From the sequence record NC_052663.1: 64,000 bases of DNA. One strand, written 5' to 3'. Of the stretch, positions 21,011 to 29,471 are shown in pieces. How positions within the stretch are numbered: position 1 is the first letter of the stretch; every line of letters starts with the position of its first letter. The stretch comes from Escherichia phage VEcB. Below the pieces are notes generated by a model. It was not told the DNA's origin. It ran no database searches and saw only the letters and a list, made by a program, of their open reading frames with translations. Made by a program: the position numbers and the translations under genes.

Positions 21011-21562
21011 ATGAAAAAAGATGTTATTTTTACAGGTTTTGAATTGTATGAACCAGAATTAACAGAAGAAAATATTCTTTATCTTTCTGTTGGTGGTGGT
21101 TTTTTGCAAGACAAAGATGGTAACGACTGGTATCAGCTTCAAAAAACTTTGATGGTAGAATATCCCGACGCTTATTTTATTACCTTAGATGATAATAATA
21201 TTGTACGTGGTGCTACTAAAGATGTTACTACCTATTTCCCTGCCGGACAATCTATTTTAGTTACATATAATGTACCAGATAAAATAGAAGATGAAAGTAA
21301 CATTGGCTCTTGGCAATATGTTGAAGGTAAGTTTGTTCCTCACAATAATCTTGCTATTGAAGATGCTACTCTTAAGTTAGAAAAGGAGCTAACTTGGGCT
21401 ACGAATCAAGTGTCTGCGATTCAAGATTTAGAGGAATTACAAGGTTTATCTGAAGAACAAAAAGATTGGTTAGGAAAAGTTAAACTCTATCGTGCAACAT
21501 TAATTCAAATTAACGTTGAAGATGCACCTAATATAACTTGGCCTACAAGACCTAAGAAATAG
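21011..21562 (+). CDS. tail fibre assembly chaperone (Tfa / gpG-like)
   Basis: 183 aa; C-terminal motif WLGKVKLYRATLIQINVEDAPNITWPTRP matches the conserved C-terminus of tail fibre assembly proteins. Confidence 0.6.
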   Translation: MKKDVIFTGFELYEPELTEENILYLSVGGGFLQDKDGNDWYQLQKTLMVEYPDAYFITLDDNNIVRGATKDVTTYFPAGQSILVTYNVPDKIEDESNIGSWQYVEGKFVPHNNLAIEDATLKLEKELTWATNQVSAIQDLEELQGLSEEQKDWLGKVKLYRATLIQINVEDAPNITWPTRPKK

Positions 21563-21571
21563 GGGCAATGT

Positions 21572-21913
21572 ATGGAGCTAACAGAAGTATGGGATATCGC
21601 TAAAGAGGCGATTATCCCTCTTATTGGCGTAATCTGGGTGGTCTTCAAACAGAAGATAGATGATATGGCAAGTGATTTGGATAAAATGGAAGACAAATAC
21701 CGCGAACTAGAAAAGAAGTTGGTGTTTGTTGAATCCACTTATGCTACCAAAGCAGAACTTGCTCAAATGCTTAACCAGATCAACTCTACATTAATGGCAA
21801 ATAATACTGCCTTAGAACAGAAGATTGAAAAAATAATGGATTTAAAAAATGCTCCTGTTCAATTAATGCTAGAGGAGATTACAAAGCGCACACAAAGTAA
21901 GGACAAAAATTAA
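21572..21913 (+). CDS. hypothetical membrane-anchored coiled-coil protein
   Basis: 113 aa; one N-terminal hydrophobic helix followed by a charged coiled-coil. Confidence 0.3.
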   Translation: MELTEVWDIAKEAIIPLIGVIWVVFKQKIDDMASDLDKMEDKYRELEKKLVFVESTYATKAELAQMLNQINSTLMANNTALEQKIEKIMDLKNAPVQLMLEEITKRTQSKDKN

Positions 21914-24327
21914 TGGCGAATTTTCCAACATATCCTGCTACGACACTAGAACAAGGTGTTGATCTGGTTATATTCTCGTCTAACCAGATGCATGATGTTA
22001 TTAATGGAGATGCTACAGCAACTGTAGAAACCGAAACAGGTTTAATACCTACACTGCGTAAAGCACTTGTTGATAACTTCTTCTTTAAGAGTCCTGTTGC
22101 TTGGTCAGCAGGATCAACTGAAACTGTATTTAACCAGTTACGTTATTTTGAAAACGGTATCTTGAGTGGGTACTATTATGCCCCATCTGCCACTACTGCG
22201 AACCCTGTACCTATGCAGGGCACACCTGTAGGAGACAGTAACTGGACTCTGTACGCTCTTAAAACTGAACAGTTAGCTTCAGATGTGTATCCTTGGTATT
22301 TTAAAGGTGCTACAGGATATGAAACAGAAATCAGTCCTCCTTATATCTTTGATAATGCTATTGTCACCATTAACGGTGTAATTCAGATTCAAGGTGAAGC
22401 ATTTACTATCAGAGATAGTAAAATTATTCTGGCAGAACCATTAGGTTTAGATCCGTCTACTGGTCTACCTAACAAATTGTTTGCTTTTATTGGTAAAACA
22501 ACAGCCTCTACTTCTTACGTAGAGAAAAACCTTTTGTCATCTACCACTGGTGCAGCAATGGTTGGTCTTCCATCTGGAGGCAACCTGTTACAAGCTCAAT
22601 ACTTTGTAACGCCTGAGCAGTTTGGTGCAATTGGTGATGGAGTTACCGATGATACTCAAGCAATTTTAAAAACTATTACTTTCGCTAACACGAATAACAT
22701 TCAAGTACGTGCAGATAAGAATTATAGATTCACAAGCTCAATTGCTATGTCTGGTATTCGTTGGTATGGTGGTACATTCACTGGTAACGGTGGAACAATG
22801 ATTTCTACTGTGTCCTGTTGGATGGAAAACGTTCGCTTTGAAAAATGTTATGTTAAGATGTTAGGTGGTGATTGCCGATTCTATCGTAATATCTTCTCCA
22901 ACGCAACATCTACAGCAGCATTCTTAATGCAAGCAATGACAAGTGAAGGTACGTTGGACTTCAGTTACAACGAAATGTATGGTTGTAAATATGCGATCCT
23001 GCAACAAGGTACTGGAGAAGTAATGACCTATGGGCGTTACTCTAACAACTATATTCACGATATCAAAGGTGATGCTATTGAACTTAACGTAGTTCAAAAA
23101 CACTACACTGAAGGTTTGATTATCGAGAATAACCACATTGCTAACGTAGATGCTTCTGGACAAGGGGCAAACTGGGGTATTGGTATTGGTGTAGCAGGTA
23201 GTGGCCCATATGGTGTTGATGTTCCTGATTCACAATATGTACGTAATTTCAGTATCGTTGGGAATAGGGTTTACAATTGCCGTCAATGTTTACACGTTGA
23301 AATGGGTAAAAACTTCACAATACGTGATAATGAAGTTTATCCTAACACAGCAGTTTCAACAGGTACAGGTTTAACTACTTGTGGTGTTGCATTATACGGA
23401 TGCCAAGATTTTGAAGTTGATGGTTTAACTGGTTATCTGCTCAATGATCCTTCTGTTTCAACACGTATGGTCTTTATTGACTGGGGTGTTAACAGTGGAA
23501 GATATGCGGGGCCACCAATTAACTTTACAATTAAGAATTTGGATATTCCAGAATCTTCAATTGAGATTGCAACATCTGGATCAGATGCCTGGGAAAACTC
23601 TACAATTGTTAGTAATATCAATTGTAATGTTTTTAAATGGCGTGGGCTACCATCTAGCTCTACCTTTAATAATATTCGTTGCCGTAGTATTGACTTTATT
23701 GGTCAACACGGAAGCGGAGAAGGAAGTGGTGGCGGTTTCTATACTCGCAGCCAATTCACGTATATGAAGTGGGTAGGATGTACAGCACTTAGCGGAGATG
23801 AAACAACAGTTTCTTTTGCTAAAATCTACACTGATCGTTGCGATCAGGTTGGAAATAACTTTGGTGTTCCAACTGCTGTTGATGGTACAGGTCATCGTGG
23901 GCCAGTTTTAACTACTATTTCTGAACAATATTTTACAACTTATGATGAATTCCCAGGTGGGCGTGAATTCCCTACTGGAACAGTTATTCATTGTGCAAGC
24001 GGTAAAAAACATGTTGTTACAGTAGGTGGTGCTTTCTTTAGTGCCAACGAGAAAATAAAAGCAACTGTTACAGGTCAAACCTATCTACAGTCTAATGCTT
24101 TAAACTGGGCTAGTAATGGCTACGCTAAAGCAGCAGGTACTAAAATTGTTATTCCAGGTGCAGGTGCAAATGGCGGCGATCTTGTGACAACTATAGCACG
24201 TGCTACATATGTGACAAATAGTTTGTACACAATAGATATTGCAGATCCAATTGTAACACCTACAGCAGAGAATACACAAATCAAAGCTCTGAACCCTGTT
24301 ACTTTTGTTACTGTCAATAATGCTTAA
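21913..24327 (+). CDS. tailspike / polysaccharide depolymerase (pectate-lyase-fold beta-helix)
   Basis: 804 aa; contains QFGAIGDGVTDDTQAI, a hallmark of pectate-lyase-superfamily tailspikes; start coupled to upstream stop (TAATG). Confidence 0.65.
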   Translation: MANFPTYPATTLEQGVDLVIFSSNQMHDVINGDATATVETETGLIPTLRKALVDNFFFKSPVAWSAGSTETVFNQLRYFENGILSGYYYAPSATTANPVPMQGTPVGDSNWTLYALKTEQLASDVYPWYFKGATGYETEISPPYIFDNAIVTINGVIQIQGEAFTIRDSKIILAEPLGLDPSTGLPNKLFAFIGKTTASTSYVEKNLLSSTTGAAMVGLPSGGNLLQAQYFVTPEQFGAIGDGVTDDTQAILKTITFANTNNIQVRADKNYRFTSSIAMSGIRWYGGTFTGNGGTMISTVSCWMENVRFEKCYVKMLGGDCRFYRNIFSNATSTAAFLMQAMTSEGTLDFSYNEMYGCKYAILQQGTGEVMTYGRYSNNYIHDIKGDAIELNVVQKHYTEGLIIENNHIANVDASGQGANWGIGIGVAGSGPYGVDVPDSQYVRNFSIVGNRVYNCRQCLHVEMGKNFTIRDNEVYPNTAVSTGTGLTTCGVALYGCQDFEVDGLTGYLLNDPSVSTRMVFIDWGVNSGRYAGPPINFTIKNLDIPESSIEIATSGSDAWENSTIVSNINCNVFKWRGLPSSSTFNNIRCRSIDFIGQHGSGEGSGGGFYTRSQFTYMKWVGCTALSGDETTVSFAKIYTDRCDQVGNNFGVPTAVDGTGHRGPVLTTISEQYFTTYDEFPGGREFPTGTVIHCASGKKHVVTVGGAFFSANEKIKATVTGQTYLQSNALNWASNGYAKAAGTKIVIPGAGANGGDLVTTIARATYVTNSLYTIDIADPIVTPTAENTQIKALNPVTFVTVNNA

Positions 24328-24332
24328 TTAAA

Positions 24333-24355
24333 AAGGGGCGAAAGCCCCTTTATAA
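24333..24355 (+). terminator. rho-independent terminator
   Basis: Stem AAGGGGC/GCCCCTT with GAAA loop then TTT-A-rich tail, directly after the depolymerase stop. Confidence 0.5.
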
Positions 24356-24368
24356 AAGGAGTAGTAAA

Positions 24369-26330
24369 GTGATTTTAACACGTCCAAATAGTGCCATTGC
24401 AGACATGGTAGAGTCTCGCTATAGAAAGCGTAGAAGTTTTGCAAGTGGTTTTACCTTAAGAGATGCTCGTGAAGCATTGCTCTTTGAAACTGACGGTAAC
24501 TACTATCAGTGGAAAGGTTCTCTACCTAAAGTTGTACCTGCTAACTCTACTCCTACATCTACTGGAGGGATTTCAGATACAGCTTGGAAAAATGTGGGTA
24601 ATGCAGATGACATTGCTCAAATAGAATCAGAATTAGATGCTATTGAAGCTGAAATTGAAGATCTTAGAGAATCCATTCCAGAAGCTGGTAAATCAGCTTA
24701 CCAGATTGCCGTAGACAATGGTTTCCAAGGTGCTGAGACAGACTGGTTGGCTTCTTTAAAAGGTGATCCAGGTGCTCCATTAAAGCTGCTAGGGACGCTA
24801 TCTAATACCAACCAATTACCTACAACCGGAAACAATGCAGGAGATGCATGGATTGTAGGAGAAAATATGTATGCTTGGGATGGTACTGCTTGGAGAAAAG
24901 TAAACTCACAGGGGCCAGAAGGTAAATCAGCTTATCAAGTTTGGCTTGCAGCAGGAAACCAAGGTACAGAACTAGATTATCTTGCTTCAATTAAAGGTGA
25001 TAAAGGGGAACCTGGCCCAGAGGGGCCACAAGGTGTACCAGGTAACAATGCTAATGGTTTTGATTACCAAGGTGCAGCTAATTCCGTTTCAGATCTTCCT
25101 TCTGCATCTCCTGGAAACACATCTCAAGCATGGAGTATTGGTACATATCTATACGTGTCAAACGGTGTAGAATGGATCAATATGGGCGCTATAGTGGGGC
25201 CAAAAGGAGATAAAGGCGACAAAGGAGATAAGGGTAACACTGGTGATTCAGCTTATCAAGTCTGGTTAAACGCTGGTAACGTTGGTACTATTGACGAATA
25301 TATTGCCTCTCTGAAAGGAGAAAAAGGTGATAAGGGAGACAAGGGTGATCAAGGTGAGCAGGGTATACAAGGCTTGACGGGGCCAACTGGTGCAGGGTTG
25401 ACCATTATTGATATTCTGACTGACACTTCTGAACTACCACAAACTGGAGAAGATGGTGATGGTTATCTGATCAATAATGAACTTTGGGTTTGGTTGCAAG
25501 GAGCCACACAGTGGACAAATGTTGGTCGTTTAGCTGGTACTCCAATCACTGCAAAAGGACACGTTGCGTCTGCAAGTGCACTTCCTCCTACATCCAATTA
25601 CGGTGATGCTTATCTAACGGAAGACACAGGTCATCTTTACATTTACACCTATGATGAACAAACTCAAACTGCTGAATATGTAGATATGGGTAGTTTGAAA
25701 GGTGATAAGGGTGAGAAAGGTGACGCTGGTACTAACGGTACGGATGGTGCAACTTGGATTGTTAAAACAACAGATCCAATCTCTAGTGATGGTAAACAAG
25801 GTGATTATGCCTTTAATATCTCCACTGGCGAGGTGTTCTTAAAAACATCTGCAACTGTCTGGACTTCTCAAGGTACACTACCTAGCATCACAGATGCACC
25901 TAGTGACGGTAAGATCTATGCTCGTAAAGATGGAGCATGGGAAGAACTAACTAGTTCTGTAGATGGTCAAGATATAGTTCCAACAAAAGTAACAGCTAAT
26001 TTTATAGAGGTTACAGCATACACCAACAACTCTGTTATAGGTGACTGGACACCTCCAGGAACACATAACATGAATGTGTTGAATCTTACTGGTAACGCTA
26101 CTATAAAAGCATGGCCTGGTGTCGAAGATAGCACAAAACCTAAACCATTCTCTGCAATAGTTTATCTTATCCAAGATGCCACTGGAGGTCGTACTGTTAC
26201 TTTAGATCCATCTTACAAAGTAATTGGTTCTAGTGATATTAATACAGATCCTAACGGAGTAACAATACTACAACTAACATATTGTGGTGTTGGCAATTAC
26301 GTGGATGCTATTGTTGCTAAACGCACATAA
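24369..26330 (+). CDS. tail fibre protein with collagen-like GXY repeats
   Basis: 653 aa; GTG start after AAAGGAG; several Gly-X-Y runs (GDKGEPGPEGPQGVPG; GDKGDKGDKGNTGD; GEKGDKGDKGDQGEQGIQGLTGPTG) separated by a recurring approx. 30 aa motif (SAYQ.W...GN.GT..DY.AS.KG). Confidence 0.65.
   Translation: MILTRPNSAIADMVESRYRKRRSFASGFTLRDAREALLFETDGNYYQWKGSLPKVVPANSTPTSTGGISDTAWKNVGNADDIAQIESELDAIEAEIEDLRESIPEAGKSAYQIAVDNGFQGAETDWLASLKGDPGAPLKLLGTLSNTNQLPTTGNNAGDAWIVGENMYAWDGTAWRKVNSQGPEGKSAYQVWLAAGNQGTELDYLASIKGDKGEPGPEGPQGVPGNNANGFDYQGAANSVSDLPSASPGNTSQAWSIGTYLYVSNGVEWINMGAIVGPKGDKGDKGDKGNTGDSAYQVWLNAGNVGTIDEYIASLKGEKGDKGDKGDQGEQGIQGLTGPTGAGLTIIDILTDTSELPQTGEDGDGYLINNELWVWLQGATQWTNVGRLAGTPITAKGHVASASALPPTSNYGDAYLTEDTGHLYIYTYDEQTQTAEYVDMGSLKGDKGEKGDAGTNGTDGATWIVKTTDPISSDGKQGDYAFNISTGEVFLKTSATVWTSQGTLPSITDAPSDGKIYARKDGAWEELTSSVDGQDIVPTKVTANFIEVTAYTNNSVIGDWTPPGTHNMNVLNLTGNATIKAWPGVEDSTKPKPFSAIVYLIQDATGGRTVTLDPSYKVIGSSDINTDPNGVTILQLTYCGVGNYVDAIVAKRT
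24990..25750 (+). repeat. collagen-like GXY coding repeats interleaved with fibre repeat motif
   Basis: Repeated GAYAARGGNGAYAARGG-type codon periodicity visible in DNA (e.g. 25204..25245, 25318..25400, 25700..25745). Confidence 0.55.
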
Positions 26331-26333
26331 TCA

Positions 26334-26358
26334 AAGCCCCTTCGGGGGCTTATTATTT
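26334..26358 (+). terminator. rho-independent terminator
   Basis: 7 bp stem AAGCCCC/GGGGCTT with TTCG tetraloop followed by ATTATTT. Confidence 0.55.
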
Positions 26359-26369
26359 AAGGAGATTAA

Positions 26370-28256
26370 ATGTATCCTATTCCTTTATTTATGTCAACAA
26401 CATCAGCTTCAGTAGTAACAGCTACATCTATAACCACTTCCTCTATTGGTATTGCAATAGTTGGTAGTAAAAAGCAACTGACATACACAGTTTCACCGGA
26501 AGATGGTGCGTTATTTGATATAGCTTTTTCATCTTCAGATAATACCAAAATGGTTATAGATAATAGTGGTATGATGGAGTTTGTTGCCGAAGGTGGTTTT
26601 GATGCAATAATGACAGCTAAAAATAATTTAGGTGCTGTCTTAACTGATCAATCTGGTGGTTATGCTTCAGAATTAAGCGTGTACACTGAAAGTCTATCCG
26701 CTATGGATGTAGGCACTACTCAACAGTTGGTTGCTACAATCAGTCCAGAAGGTGCTAAAGACCTTCCAGATATGGTAATTACATACACCACAACAGATCC
26801 AGAAGTAGCTACTGTAAGCCCTACAGGATTAATAACTGCTCTTAAAGATGGCAATTGCCGTATAGGTTGTACTGCAACGTATCAAGGAACAGTTGTGGCC
26901 TCTGATAGTTCTTATTTAGGTGTTAATGCTATTCCTGTTATTTCTAATGTAACAGCCGTGGCAAACAGTTATGGAGACGTTCGTGTTGCTTGGGATGTAA
27001 CTGATCCACTAGACGGTGATACTTATACTGTAGAAGTATTAGATTTAAGTGATAATAGTGTTCAGTGGACTACAACAACCACGAATACTTACGCTTACTT
27101 TGATATCTCTGACTCTATTCCTCTTTATGGGTTTGCTCCAACATACCTTAAAATTAGCGTTAAGAGCACCAAAGCAGCAGCCGTTATCTTTAATAACTCA
27201 ATAGCTACAGATGATTCGTTCATTAAAGAAGTTATTGTCTTTGCTGGACAAGATAACGTAAATGCACACTTTACAGAATTATCTGGTGCAAATAAAGCAG
27301 TAATGAGTAGCACAACAACCCGTAATGCATATGCTACGCAACGTGGTTTAGCAAATGCTGAAGTTCTTCCGTTAAATACAGCTTCTGGATCATCAGCAGC
27401 AGATAAATATGCTGACGATAAAGCTGGAACAGGTACACCAGACAACTACTGGTATGATCTGGATAACACAGCAGATGGGCCATGCTTAACTAACTTTATC
27501 ACTAAAGTCACACCTTATGCAAGTAAGGTTAAAGCAATTATTTGGGGACAAGGTGAAAATGATGCTGTATCAGCATCTTCGACTGTTGCAGGTAGGTACA
27601 GTAACACTACACGTTACCATGATGCTACGATAGCTATCTTTGATAAGATGCGTACAATAGTTCCTGCTTCTCAAGCAAAAATTGTTTGGCAGATCCTAGG
27701 ACGTTCTTATTTATATGGTGTAGAAGTTAATGGTGTGGATTGGCAGAAGTACAGAAATGTACAAAGAACCATCTCTACAGCACGTGATGATGTTATCATT
27801 GGTTCTTGGGTAGATGGTGCTGAACGTTACAGTGGTTATGTTTATGAAGAAGGTATTGATGGTCGTATCCATTATATTTCTTCTGTATATCAAACAGCAG
27901 CTACAAAACTTGCTAAATCAGCAGCAGACGGTACAGATTTAACATCAACACCACCTGTTTGGGTTGATATGTCTGTTCCAACAGGAGGAGCCGCTGTAAG
28001 ACAAGCTAACCAAGATGCAATTATTTCTTGGGAACCAGCAGGATATACCAAACATTACTTCCGAAATGTAAACGTCCTCACAGCAGCAATTCTTACAGAA
28101 CAAACTCTTGATACTAACACTTACACATTTACTTATGCAGATCAGGTTGAACAATACGGGTTTGCAGCAGGTACAGCAGTGTTTGATGTTGCACACTATG
28201 ATGCTGATAATGACGTGTTATCACCTCTTGTCAGATTTACAGTCAATGTTACATAA
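26370..28256 (+). CDS. virion-associated protein with Big_2-like Ig domains and SGNH/SASA-type esterase domain
   Basis: 628 aa; two Big_2-like segments (e.g. VATISPEGAKDLPDMVITYTTTDPEVATVSPTGLITALKDGNCRIGCTA); esterase-like blocks VIVFAGQDNVNAHF and AIIWGQGENDA resembling sialate/carbohydrate O-acetylesterases. Confidence 0.5.
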   Translation: MYPIPLFMSTTSASVVTATSITTSSIGIAIVGSKKQLTYTVSPEDGALFDIAFSSSDNTKMVIDNSGMMEFVAEGGFDAIMTAKNNLGAVLTDQSGGYASELSVYTESLSAMDVGTTQQLVATISPEGAKDLPDMVITYTTTDPEVATVSPTGLITALKDGNCRIGCTATYQGTVVASDSSYLGVNAIPVISNVTAVANSYGDVRVAWDVTDPLDGDTYTVEVLDLSDNSVQWTTTTTNTYAYFDISDSIPLYGFAPTYLKISVKSTKAAAVIFNNSIATDDSFIKEVIVFAGQDNVNAHFTELSGANKAVMSSTTTRNAYATQRGLANAEVLPLNTASGSSAADKYADDKAGTGTPDNYWYDLDNTADGPCLTNFITKVTPYASKVKAIIWGQGENDAVSASSTVAGRYSNTTRYHDATIAIFDKMRTIVPASQAKIVWQILGRSYLYGVEVNGVDWQKYRNVQRTISTARDDVIIGSWVDGAERYSGYVYEEGIDGRIHYISSVYQTAATKLAKSAADGTDLTSTPPVWVDMSVPTGGAAVRQANQDAIISWEPAGYTKHYFRNVNVLTAAILTEQTLDTNTYTFTYADQVEQYGFAAGTAVFDVAHYDADNDVLSPLVRFTVNVT

Positions 28257-28289
28257 ACAAAAAGGAGCCAATAGGCTCCTTTTCTTTTA
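28257..28289. terminator. bidirectional rho-independent terminator at convergence of the two modules
   Basis: 7 bp stem AGGAGCC/GGCTCCT (loop AATA) flanked by A-rich 5' and T-rich 3' tracts, so it is a U-tract terminator on either strand; lies between convergent stops at 28256 and 28292. Confidence 0.65.
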
Positions 28290-28291
28290 TC

Positions 28292-28723
28292 TTAATCAGT
28301 GAAAATTACGCTCACATCTTCTTTAGAGAAGAGTTTATGATCTTCACCTTTTGTCTCAAGAGTTTCATACAGGTTAAGAAGTTCTGAAACATCTTTCTCT
28401 ACTAGTTTCTTCAATGTTGCAATTTTCTGTTTGCGATTTTTAATACGTTCAGCTACAACCTTACGTTGGTATCCGGCAGTACGATAACCTGAGAAAGTTA
28501 CACCAGTGAGACTTGCAGTTACAGGATCGTAATGACGTTCAATCTGAAATTTATTAAAAGGTACAGCGTCATCACGAATAATCTTACCGCCATTACTTAC
28601 TTGACGAAGACCAGTAACTTGTTCTAGTCGTGCCATAGAAATCTTTGGAGACAGACCAGAGTCCAGGTTCATACCGTTGTTAATCAGTGCTTTCAGGGTG
28701 ATTTTGCTGTTCAGTGTACTCAT
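28292..28723 (-). CDS. hypothetical protein
   Basis: 143 aa; ATG at 28723 with GGAGGA RBS 8 nt upstream; start overlaps the last 44 nt of the methyltransferase gene. Confidence 0.4.
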   Translation of the reverse strand: MSTLNSKITLKALINNGMNLDSGLSPKISMARLEQVTGLRQVSNGGKIIRDDAVPFNKFQIERHYDPVTASLTGVTFSGYRTAGYQRKVVAERIKNRKQKIATLKKLVEKDVSELLNLYETLETKGEDHKLFSKEDVSVIFTD

Positions 28724-29411
28724 TTAGTCGTTCCTCCGCTTGCTTAAAAATATTTACATCGGCTTCACAGCCTAAGTATTCTCTACCTGTTAAAAGTGCC
28801 GCAACTTGTGTTGTTGCACTCCCAGAGAAGAAGTCTAAGACTACATCTCCTTCGTTGGTGTGTATATTAATAAGGTCACAAAACAAAGTCAAGTGTTTTT
28901 GTGTTGGATGAAAACGATCTGCTCCTTGATAGATAGGATACTCAAACACACCCTTATGGTAGGAAGCATTGAAGGTTGGCTTCGAACCTTTAACACAAAC
29001 AATAGCCATCTCTTTAGCGTTACTAAGATAGTTAACACCACTGTTGATGGGTACAGGGTTTGTTTTAATCCATTCGATAGTACGGAACATACGAAAACCA
29101 AGCGGTTCAAGGATTTCACGTAGCTCCTGGATCTTCCAGATATCATACCAAACTATGCAAGTACCACCTTTTCTAAGCACCCTGTAGGCTTCTTTGAATA
29201 CTTCTTTAAAGTAAGGAATATCTACAACATCCCAATCACCAAAGTTGTAAGATACACGGAATCTATCCGTATCTTTTCCAGTAGGCTCTCCAGATTGAAA
29301 ATTTGTGTCACGAGAAATAGCATATGGTGGGTCAGTAAGAATCAAATCTACACTATTGCTTTCGAGGGTTTGCAGGTAGTTTAATGCGGTGTTGTTTACA
29401 AATTCGCTCAT
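28680..29411 (-). CDS. DNA methyltransferase, beta-class amino-methyltransferase (N6-adenine or N4-cytosine)
   Basis: 243 aa; catalytic motif IV LILTDPPY near the N-terminus and SAM-binding motif I FFSGSATT near the C-terminus (IV before I is beta-class order); RBS AAGGAG. Confidence 0.8.
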   Translation of the reverse strand: MSEFVNNTALNYLQTLESNSVDLILTDPPYAISRDTNFQSGEPTGKDTDRFRVSYNFGDWDVVDIPYFKEVFKEAYRVLRKGGTCIVWYDIWKIQELREILEPLGFRMFRTIEWIKTNPVPINSGVNYLSNAKEMAIVCVKGSKPTFNASYHKGVFEYPIYQGADRFHPTQKHLTLFCDLINIHTNEGDVVLDFFSGSATTQVAALLTGREYLGCEADVNIFKQAEERLNEYTEQQNHPESTD

Positions 29412-29420
29412 TATATCTCC

Positions 29421-29449
29421 TTCAAAGAAAAGGAGCCGTTAGGCTCCTT
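29421..29449 (-). terminator. rho-independent terminator (minus strand) downstream of the SSB-like gene
   Basis: 8 bp stem AGGAGCC/GGCTCCT, followed on the minus strand by TTCTTTG; sits between the SSB stop and the methyltransferase RBS. Confidence 0.5.
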
Positions 29450-29471
29450 ATATTCACACAATATTTAACTA

